Shown here one piece after another: positions 1 to 9,972 of a stretch of 64,000 nucleotides of DNA. The first letter of the stretch is position 1, and each line of letters begins with the position of its first letter. The notes under the pieces were generated by a model. The model was not told the origin of the DNA. It was given only the letters and a program-made list of their open reading frames with translations, and ran no database searches. Source of the DNA: Callorhinchus milii (Eukaryota). The DNA lies in assembly GCF_018977255.1 (NCBI RefSeq), contig NW_024704749.1, forward strand, positions 16,740,001-16,804,000. The letters run 5' to 3'. The translations under genes and the position numbers were made by a program.

Positions 1-20
1 TTTGTTTGAGGTTTGTGACA

Positions 21-424
21 TTAAAATTGAGCTTGGTCCACATCATCCAACCAAGAGGCAGGACTAGCCGGGAAATCGGGGTAACCTCCACTGCTTCCTG
101 TGGATAGATCAGAACTGGGTCCATTCCCTCCCAACACTCTCATGGCCTGACTCATGCCAGGACCTCCCTGAGCCAGGATGCCTAAGCCACTGTCTTGATA
201 CACCAGGCCTGACATGAGCGGCTGGTGAGGCGGGATGGCTTGCAGAGAGGCCGGGGACTGAGGGATACCGTACGGGCTGTTTGATCGCAAATCGTGGTAT
301 TGATCCTGAGACACCACTCCGTCCAGACCGAAGCTCGCCCCCTGTCTGCCCAGGGCTGGAGATGTCTCGTTCAGGCTGCTGTACATCCCGTTGGCCTGGC
401 CCATGTCAGACATTGAATGTTCGT
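21..424 (-). CDS. lhx3: LHX3 exon 6, last coding exon (DEHSMSDMG...SWLDDVDQAQF*)
   Basis: Acceptor tttcag ends at 425 and the TAA stop is at 21-23. The SSDLSTGSSGGYPDFPASPASWLD motif is typical of LHX3/4. Confidence 0.95.
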
Positions 425-492
425 CTGAAACCACAAACAAGCAACACACGCAGTCAGTGCCGCCACATGAGCAAGAGACAAGCAACACATCA

Positions 493-610
493 CGTTTCGC
501 CCACAAAATATACAGTCAATCCACTTTACAGTATATTGTATGAAGAGATTTGAGACTTCTGGAAGACGTGATAAGGTGGTGTATCAAATGCAAGGATTAT
601 ATTATTATTA
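493..610 (+). mobile_element. 5'-truncated SINE tail
   Basis: cgcccacaaaatatacagtc...atcaaatgcaaggattattatt matches the 3' end of the full-length SINE. Confidence 0.8.
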
Positions 611-800
611 AGAGTCAGAATGTTGATAGGTGCAATAACTGCACTAACAAGCTAGTTCAGTGCCTTGGGGACGTCATCCTCCTGATGTGAAAGGCGCTAT
701 GCAAATGTAATTTTTTGTTGTTGTTCGTGGCTACATTGACTAACTGATTGCTGGACATGGTCAGAGAGTTGATTAACCAGCATATGCTCGCTTTACTCAC

Positions 801-972
801 CAGTGAAGGAGACTTCCGCATCGCTGGCTGCCCCATCATCCTGTGTGCTGCCTTTGTCAGATTTGGAATTTCCTCTCGACCTTTTGATGTTCCTGAAATA
901 CTGACCCCATCGCTGTCTCCCAGCGTCCTTTTTCAATCTTTTTTCCTTTGCTCTTCGGTTCTGGAACCACAC
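801..972 (-). CDS. lhx3: LHX3 exon 5, homeodomain helix 3 ([34 protein letters not shown]...EVSFT)
   Basis: Translated by hand because it is not in the ORF track. Acceptor aag, donor gtgagt, 172 nt, phase 0 to 1. Confidence 0.96.
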
Positions 973-1079
973 CTTTAGAAAGACACCGAGAAAAGCAAAC
1001 TTAACGTTGGTCGTTGTGGATCTCTTTTATTTTCTTAACAGCACTTTACGGGGTTTACTGTTGAGTGCAGTGACTGCAT

Positions 1080-1235
1080 TTTGTAGGTGGACGTGATAGC
1101 CAAATTTGCACTGAGGAATCTTCTCACCAACAGCTGTGACGTGAATGACCAATTTTATTTGAGGGATTGTTGCCCAGGACACCAGGAGAAACTCCCTTCT
1201 CTTTCTGAATAGTGTCATGTGCATATCGACGTTCA
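1080..1235 (-). mobile_element. Old Deu-domain SINE fragment in lhx3 intron 4
   Basis: Its reverse complement matches the copies at 54990 and 63700 (gaagggagtttctcctggtgtcctgggcaacaatccctc...ttggtcatt). Confidence 0.65.
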
Positions 1236-1265
1236 TGTGAACAGACAGACAAGACGTCTGTTTTA

Positions 1266-1592
<327 letters not shown>

Positions 1593-1779
1593 TTATAGCG
1601 AAACACTCACCTTGCTTGGTGTTGTGGCCAGACATACAAAGACAGTAATAGAACCAGTGAGATTGCAAGACAGAAGGAAACCAAGCTGATCATCCAGCCA
1701 GCACCAATACTCTTCCCCTGTAGCTAACCGTTCCAATCCCCTGCTCGCTCCTCACATCCCTTTCTATGCAGTGTTCTTC

Positions 1780-2275
1780 TTCTTTAAAAGCCTTATACAA
1801 TTCTCGCTTAAGTCTGGTCTCAGTCTCAACAGGATCCTGTGGCAAAGCCTTCCAAGTTTCCAGGATGATCTGCCTAAAAAGGAAACCTTCCACTTTCTCT
1901 CTCCCGCTGTGACTCTTCAGTGACAGTGCTGAATCGAAACTCTGGAACAATCTTGCTCTATCCCCCCCCTACCTTCCCCTTCCTTTTCAACCGTGCCGAC
2001 AGTCACCTCCCCCTCCCCCCGGCTTGGTGTCGCGCTCCGCCATTGTCAAGCGCTCTGGGACGCTACTCTGCGTGAGGTTGCGCTGAACAAATGCAAGTTG
2101 TTGTTGAATCTATGCCTCCTGTTATCCATTTGCCAACCAATGGGGATAATGTCACCCACGAAATACACAGTCATTCCACTTTACAAGGTGTTCTGTGAAG
2201 CGCTTTGAAACGTCTGAACAACCCGATAAGGCGCTATATCAAATGCAAGGATTATTATTATTATTATTGTTATTA
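1780..2275 (+). mobile_element. Decayed L2-type 3' end followed by a SINE tail
   Basis: aagcgctctgggacg...aaatgcaagttgttgttg tail near 2050-2107 and a SINE tail at 2152-2275. Confidence 0.6.
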
Positions 2276-2635
2276 TAATCTTTCACTGTCCATCCTCTCC
2301 CGGCCTTTTCCAGTTTGAGGGTTTCAATTTTTCCTTTAGTGTTAAATCAAAATAAAGCATTTACAGTATATATATATATACACACACACAGAGACACACA
2401 CGCGCACATTAAAACCAGCAGTGAGACATCAGTAGAGACGTATTAGATTGAAAGGACACTATAAAAGGATTTTTTAAAATATATATATAAAAAAAGAAAT
2501 CTGTGGGGGACTTTTTTTTTAAAAAAAAGGCATTCTGGAGAGTAAGATAAAGGGTTTTATTTTTTTTTACATGTTGTTTAAGATCAATGCTGCGCCATGG
2601 GTGGGGGTGGTGGTGGAGGGGGGGGGGGGTCTGAC

Positions 2636-2838
2636 CTCTTTGCTTTGCTGCCTCGTAGTCCCCTTTGCACACCAGTCTGCTGTCGTCCATCAGGTAGAAC
2701 TCATCCCCGGTGGCCAGCTGTCGTTTGCAGACGATGCAAGCAAAACACTGCAGGTGATACACAAAGTCCTGCGCCCTGCGGACCACCTGTGTGGGGGGGA
2801 TGCCCTGTTGGCAGGCGGCGCATTTGGTCCCAAATCTC
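2636..2838 (-). CDS. lhx3: LHX3 exon 3, LIM domain 2 ([34 protein letters not shown]...AAKQR)
   Basis: LIM Cys/His pattern, acceptor ttgcag, donor gtcaga, 203 nt, phase 2 to 1. Confidence 0.96.
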
Positions 2839-2902
2839 CTGCAATGGCAACAGGCAAAAAGAAGCATTTTCAAACAGGGTCCATGGAAGCAATCATTTGT
2901 CC

Positions 2903-3230
2903 ACTCACTCACTCACTCACTCACTCACTCACTCACTCACTCACTCACACACACCACCCACCACACACACACACACACATACACACAGGCAGCCCCCCCA
3001 CACACACAGCACCACACACACACCCACACACAGCACCACACACACACACCCACACACAGCACCCCCCCACACACACACAGCACCCCCACACCCACACACA
3101 CACAGCACCCCCCACCCACACACAGCAGCCACCCACACACACAGCAGCCATCCACACACACAGCATNCCCCCCACACACACAGCATCCCCCCACACACAC
3201 AGCATCCCCCCCACACACACCGCTCCCCCA
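2903..3230. repeat. (TCAC)n followed by a CA-rich minisatellite
   Basis: Read directly from the sequence. Confidence 0.9.
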
Positions 3231-3559
3231 AGTGAAATAAAATTCCACCCGGGTTTACTGAGCCTATTTATTGCAGCAATTTTAAAGTTCGAAAAAACGA
3301 CTGTTGTTTTTTTTTTGGAATCCCTTCGCTCAATAATAATTAACTGTGTGGCTGACCGGATCTCGATTTAACTGATCAATTCGGCGATTGATTCGGGAAT
3401 TTAATTTGAGATCCGCTTCAGCTCTAATCCGGAGCTCTCGAGTTTTCAAACTGGATTTTAAACCTTAAAGTAAGTTCCCCAAAGTGAAGTGGTGCACAAT
3501 GCGATGGGTTTCGAAACTGCCCAACACTTGGTTGATGGCTGCAAATGCCTCACCCATTG

Positions 3560-3677
3560 AATAATAATAATAATAATAATCCTTGCATTTGATATAGCGC
3601 TTTTCACGTCGGGAGGACGTCCCAAAGCGCTTCACAGAACACACTGTAAAGTGAATTGACTGTATATTTGTGGGCAA
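3560..3677 (-). mobile_element. 5'-truncated SINE tail, young
   Basis: Almost identical to the 3' end of the copy at 59851-60175. Confidence 0.85.
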
Positions 3678-4105
3678 ATGAAGAGACTGTAAGAGAAACT
3701 GGTGTGAACTGCACTAACGTGAGATGTTCATTCCCAGATTGTGTTTTAAACACTTTTTTGCTGCCCACCAACCCCCCCCCCCCCCCTCCCCCCAAAAAAA
3801 AAAATCTGTGGCATATGGGGTTGTACCAATGATGTGCCCCACTCTCTTACTGGTCTGATCGCCAACAGCATTAATAAATAAATGAGCGACGGTCGTGCAC
3901 TGAGACCCCAATCAATCGGGAATCTCATTAAAGAATGGGATGCGTTTTATAATGATGACGATAATAATAATAATAATAATAATAATAATCCTTAAATGTG
4001 ACACAGTGCCTTATCCCGCCGTTGAGACATCTCCACGCGCTTCAGTGATTTACTGCAGTGACTGTATTTTGTGGTCCAAACTTAGGGTTTCGCCCACAAA
4101 AGTGT

Positions 4106-4436
4106 NNNNNNNNNNNNNNNNNNNNNNNNNNNNNNNNNNNNNNNNNNNNNNNNNNNNNNNNNNNNNNNNNNNNNNNNNNNNNNNNNNNNNNNNNNNNNNN
4201 NNNNNNNNNNNNNNNNNNNNNNNNNNNNNNNNNNNNNNNNNNNNNNNNNNNNNNNNNNNNNNNNNNNNNNNNNNNNNNNNNNNNNNNNNNNNNNNNNNNN
4301 NNNNNNNNNNNNNNNNNNNNNNNNNNNNNNNNNNNNNNNNNNNNNNNNNNNNNNNNNNNNNNNNNNNNNNNNNNNNNNNNNNNNNNNNNNNNNNNNNNNN
4401 NNNNNNNNNNNNNNNNNNNNNNNNNNNNNNNNNNNN
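4106..4436. other. Assembly gap
   Basis: Run of N. Confidence 1.
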
Positions 4437-5532
4437 AGGGCACTAAGGCGCACACTGGGACGTTTCGAGGATCCGCACCTCTGTGCCAATGGCCCTCTGA
4501 TGTAAATCGCGGGCAAACTAACTAACTGATGCTCTGGTAAGAGAGGCGCAGAGTCTGTGTGGTTGGTGTTCAGACCATCGGCACAGACCCAATTTTGTTT
4601 CCACCCCCACCCCGACCCCCCTCCCCCCCCCCACCCACCCCTCCCCCCCTCCCCCCGGGTTTCATGTCAACTCAGTGACCCACTTCAGTGGCCGGGATTA
4701 CAGTGGCTGATCCTCGGCCGCTCGCCGCCTGTGTTCCAATCTCTTGTTTTAGCAAGAAGATAGCAACCAGATATTAATCATCCGCGGTCAGAAAGAAAAA
4801 ATAATAAGAGAAACAAACGGCAAATAAGAGGCTTATGATCTTTGCTCTGTGTGTGTGTGTGTGTGTATATGGGAGATATGGGCTGTGTACAGTACACGTG
4901 GCCACACCACCTATCTCTGGGTTCACCTTTACGCACCGTTCGTGCCCACAATCCGAATTTTTACGGGAAAGGTGTTTGCAAAAAAACGAGGTTTATTCGT
5001 AACACATGAATGTGGTCACTCGGGTGGGTGGGGCTGTGGGGGTTATTTTTTTCACACCACAGAAAAATCCCGAAACGAAATAGCGATGTTAAAATAGCAG
5101 AACCTTAACTTCGTGTCGCAGAACATTGCCATATTGAAAGGGTTTAACGAATCGTAGGCGAATAGGTGCGTTTGGCTGTGGTGTGTGTGCGTGTGCGTGT
5201 GAGGCTGTAGAATGGGGTTTGCGAATGTCGCATTTGGATTCTTCCCCCTCCCCCCCCCCCCCCCCCTCCCCACACACACACACACACACACACACACAAC
5301 ATTTTTTGTTTCAATATATGAACATTTGTCGGATCATATATTCATAGGCTCGTACAGTTAAACACATTTTATGGCATAAAAGAAGTGGAGGGTTCCCACC
5401 CCACCCCCGAGTCATATTATTCGTAAAATTACATCTGCCTTCATTAACTATTCGCTTCCTATTCGTTCTGAAGTCCATCCACACCCATTGATTCCCGTCT
5501 GTGTGCAATGATCACAGATTAAAGGTCAAACG

Positions 5533-6060
5533 GTGGGTGGGTAAGGAGGTGGGGGGGTGGGTGGGTAAGGAGGTGGGTGGTGGGTTGGTGGGTAGGGAGG
5601 TGGGGGGGTGGGTAGGGAGGTGGGGGGGTGGGTAGGGAGGTGGGGGGGTGGGTGGGTAAGGAGGTGGGTGGTGGGTTGGTGGGTAGGGAGGTGGGTGGGT
5701 GGCTAAGGAGGTGGGTGGTGGGTGGGTGGGTAGGGAGGTGGGCGGTGGGTGGGTGGGTAGGGAGGTGGGGGGTGGGTGGGTGGGTAGGGAGGTGGGGGGG
5801 TGGGTGGCTAAGGAGGTGGGTGGTGGGTGGGTGGGTAGGGAGGTGCGCGGTGGGTGGGTGGGTAGGGAGGTGGGCGGTGGGTGGGTGGGTAGGGAGGTGG
5901 GCGGTGGGTGGGTGGGTAGGTAGGGAGGTGGGCGGTGGGTGGGTGGGTAGGGAGGTGGGTGGTGGGTAGGTGGGTAGGGAGGTGGGGGGGGTGGCTGGTG
6001 GGTAGGGAGGTGGGGGGGGTGGCTGGTGGGTAGGGAGGTGGGGGGGTGGCTGGTGGGTAG
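5533..6060. repeat. G-rich minisatellite with a unit of about 24-28 bp (GGGTAGGGAGGTGGG...)
   Basis: Read directly from the sequence. Confidence 0.93.
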
Positions 6061-6089
6061 AATAGTAATTAAGACAAATGAGAGCTTAC

Positions 6090-6261
6090 TTGAAAAAGTC
6101 CTCCTTGCAGTAGACACTATCCCCTCGGCTGAAGCACTTCTCCGCCAGCTGTGTTTGGCAGTCACTACACTTCAGGCACTTGGAGTGCCAGTGGCGATCG
6201 AGCACCTTCAGAATAAACCTGTCCACGATGTGTTGATTGCAGCCAGCACACACCGGGATAT
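6090..6261 (-). CDS. lhx3: LHX3 exon 2, LIM domain 1 ([32 protein letters not shown]...KEDFF)
   Basis: LIM Cys/His pattern, acceptor ccccag, donor gtaagc, 172 nt, phase 1 to 2. Confidence 0.96.
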
Positions 6262-6443
6262 CTGGGGGCAGCACATGGTCATCTCTTTAATACCCCCATA
6301 AAGTCGGCCCCACACACACACACTCACACTCACACACTCACATCTTGGAAGCTGTGCGACTGCGACCTCCGCAAACTCACCGACATCACTTCAGGGCTTC
6401 CAGGTGAGGCCACAATAAATTAGCGGCTGTTCAGCAACGAGAA

Positions 6444-6523
6444 CATAAGGACACAAGGAGCAGGAGGAGGCCATTCAGCCCCTCCAGCCTGCCCCGCCAT
6501 TCAATAAGATCATGGCTGATCTT
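6444..6523 (-). mobile_element. CR1-type LINE (or partner SINE) 3' end
   Basis: The reverse complement reads agatcagccatgatcttattgaatggcggggcaggctggaggggctgaatggcctcctcctgctcc, typical of chondrichthyan CR1 3' tails. Confidence 0.75.
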
Positions 6524-7524
6524 ACACTGGGAAAGGCGAACACATAAACTTTAATTCCGTCTTTTATACACACACACACACACACATATATATAAAATAT
6601 AATTATTAATAAATAATAATTATTATTATTATAAAATATACCGTACGTAAATGAAACAAATGCATTAGACCAGCCATTTCCCCCCCAAAAGTATTCATAT
6701 TTCAAGCAGTAATCAAAATATATAATATTTGACAATGGCGTTCTTCAACCCCCCCATTATTATTATTAATAATAATCTTGTATTTGATTATAGCGTCCCA
6801 TCACATTGTCATTGTAAAATATGGACAGAACGAATAACTGGGTTATATATATATATATACATACACACAATTCAAGTAATTTATGTGTGAATTGCAAATC
6901 TTATGGATTGCACGATGTCGAGGAAAAACCTTTTGAGAAATATGCGCACGAATTGACATTTTTCACCCCATATTAATATCGAAAACGATGGGCATCTCAG
7001 GGGACTTTTAAAAAAAAAAGATGCCGTTCAAGGGTACATCCCTATTTCAGTCAAATGCAAGTGGAAAGGGTTCATTTGACGAGAGAGAGAGAGACATAAA
7101 AAAAAATCAAAACTTGCCAGTTATGGCACCCGCATAACCGCACTCACACTCACTCACATGGCCTCATCTTGGAGTGGGGCCACGAACAGATAATTCACAC
7201 TCTCCCCCCCCCCCCCCACAAAAAAAAAGACACACACACACATATTTTTTTTGGGGTGGGGGGGGTTAGGGAAGGAGGAAGTGGTGGGGTGGGGGGGGTG
7301 GGGGGAGATTGTGAACCAGGTCTCTCTATGCGTTCTCACCAAATAGTGACTGACAGGACACCCCCCCCCCCCCCCCACACACACACACACACATACACAC
7401 ACACACATATACACAGGTGGAGTGAGTTACTCTGTCTCTCCCTCACCCGCACATACACCTGAAGGAACACGAATGAGGGTAAAAGCCATTCAGAGCAATG
7501 CCTAACCAGTCTTAAAGAAACTAT

Positions 7525-7557
<33 letters not shown>

Positions 7558-7832
7558 AATTATTATTAAAATAATGGTATCACGACTTTTGGTCACCCTG
7601 TATATAATATGCATTTTTTTTAATATATAATATATATTATATATATATTATATATATATAAAACCAGAAAGCCCCAGTAAAGGTACACGCTGCATGACTT
7701 TAGTAAACGTCTTGTGGCCGTTGCTTCACTGTCTGTTGCTTTCGGAGAGAATTAAACGGCCATCGAGCGGGGAAATTAAACATTTGCTTTAATTGTGGCT
7801 GTAATATTATTTCGGCGGAGAACAGGAAACAG

Positions 7833-7883
7833 CTCTGCTCTGCTCTGCTCTGCTCTGCAGGCGATGCGATGCGATGCGATGCG
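7833..7883. repeat. Adjacent pentamer repeats (CTCTG)n and (GCGAT)n
   Basis: Read directly from the sequence. Confidence 0.85.
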
Positions 7884-8234
7884 GTGTTAACACGCGCCGC
7901 ACCGAAAGCCACGCAACAGCAATGTTTTTGACGCATTCGTTGCTTTTCTTTTTTTTTTAAAAAAAATAATAGTTTGGATCCCGTGGTTTACTTTAACCAC
8001 CGGGGAGAGGAACAAAAAACTTCCTGAACTCATGCACTGAAAAGGTAATAATAATAATAATAATAATAACCTTGTTTGACGCATCATTATTTATCTTAAA
8101 CCGGACTCGCCATCAAGAAAGCAACGAATATCGATAGTAATTTCCACTGAAATTCGTCCTTCGGTGATTTAATGGTTGTTAACGCTCTAATAATAATGAT
8201 AATAATAATGATAATAATAATGACAATAATAATG

Positions 8235-8268
<34 letters not shown>

Positions 8269-8436
8269 TAGAAATGACAATCCCGGCGTTTGATGCAGCG
8301 CCTTTCACGGTCGGGGGCACAGCTCCGGGCCCCGCGCGGAATCAGCTGGCAGGTGTAGTGACTGTGCACTGTGCGTCAATTGGCCCTTCCATCCGCACCC
8401 GATTACGCTGCAGCGTAAATGCGATATCTGCCGGGA

Positions 8437-8683
8437 NNNNNNNNNNNNNNNNNNNNNNNNNNNNNNNNNNNNNNNNNNNNNNNNNNNNNNNNNNNNNNNN
8501 NNNNNNNNNNNNNNNNNNNNNNNNNNNNNNNNNNNNNNNNNNNNNNNNNNNNNNNNNNNNNNNNNNNNNNNNNNNNNNNNNNNNNNNNNNNNNNNNNNNN
8601 NNNNNNNNNNNNNNNNNNNNNNNNNNNNNNNNNNNNNNNNNNNNNNNNNNNNNNNNNNNNNNNNNNNNNNNNNNNNNNNNNNN
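8437..8683. other. Assembly gap
   Basis: Run of N. Confidence 1.
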
Positions 8684-9174
8684 GGCGTTCTCCAAACTCT
8701 CCAAATCTTCGCCCTTTCTGTGGATGAAAATTGCGTCGGAAAAGCAGAGAGAGAGCTGGAGCTGCCATCCCGCAGAGATACAGCACACCAGCCCGGAATA
8801 TACCTTTTGCCCCTCGCACTGTCCGATCATCCAGGACCAGGTCTTTCTCGGGGGCTTTTTTTTTTGTGTGTGTGTGTAACAGCCCTCAGGCGACCATAAC
8901 CTGTCCTAACGAGTAAACGAGACTCAGGCAGATCATACCCCCGTCTGTCTGCACAATCCAATTCAATGGAAATTAATTCCATTTATTTTTTAATTCTGAA
9001 ATTTCGTGTCTCGAATTTCATTCCCCCCCCCCCACCACCGCCACCCACCCACCCACACCACCCTTCCTCCCCCCCCCCCAAAAAAAAACCCAACCAAACA
9101 AACAAACAAACACATAATTTATTTGGTATGACATCTCTCCGGGTTTTTCTGCATTTCGTTGCAATCAGATTAAA

Positions 9175-9708
9175 ACACACAGTGGGATCCACTTTAGAGT
9201 ATATTCCGTGAAGCGCTTTGAAACGTCTCAATGATAAGGCGCTGTATCAAATGCGAGGATTATGATTGTCATTGCGCAATAATAATAATTGTGCGTGTAT
9301 CGAAATATAATTATGTCGGTATTTAAACACAATTCCGTTACACGGTACACGCACTGATCGGCCGCGTGTAGTGTTTCCACACACATTAAGATGACGACGC
9401 CAAAGAGTGCGGTCGCTGCCCTCTGACTGACAAGTGTCGAAGGCACTCAATCAGCGATTGATCGAATGGCCATTTGGATTGCGGTTAACAAGCGCTCTGG
9501 GCTGTGGCGATGGGTTGGTTTGGGGCTCAGCAGCGAGCGCCGCCTATCGGCCAGCGCCGGGCCCTGCAGGTTGCTTCAACCGACGTGGGAATGAGCGAAA
9601 AAATTGACCCTCACTCACATCCGATACAGTCAATTCACTTTACAGTGTGTTCCGTGAAGCGCTTTGGGACGTCCTCCCGACGTGAAAAGCGCTATATCAA
9701 ATGCGAGG

Positions 9709-9743
<35 letters not shown>

Positions 9744-9972
9744 CCACTAACTTGGCGGAGACAAGTCACCCGCTTCCCAATACCAGAACCAATCTGCTTA
9801 TTTTACCCCCCCCGATGAATATTTTTTTATTCTGTTCTCGAATTTTACTCTACATATTTTCGCCGACAAAATACAGGCAATTCATTTCACAGTGTATCCC
9901 GTGAAGCGCTTTGAAACGTCTGAGCGACGTTTCCCATTCGCTCTGCCGAATGCTGGAATTATTATTATTATT
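9175..9972 (+). mobile_element. Three same-orientation SINE tails (about 9175-9272, 9625-9742 and 9857-9972)
   Basis: The motif gtgaagcgcttt...aaatgc...attattatt is repeated three times. Confidence 0.8.

Noticed and set aside
2571-3371. Long His/Thr/Pro-rich and Cys/Val-rich ORFs
   Set aside because: They are translations of the CA-rich repeat and of the antisense strand of lhx3 exon 3.
3940-4525. ORFs spanning N runs (also at 8172-8879 and 15854-16467)
   Set aside because: Artefacts of assembly gaps.
5512-6165. 217-aa Pro-rich, extensin-like ORF
   Set aside because: Translation of the intronic G-rich minisatellite, out of frame with exon 2.
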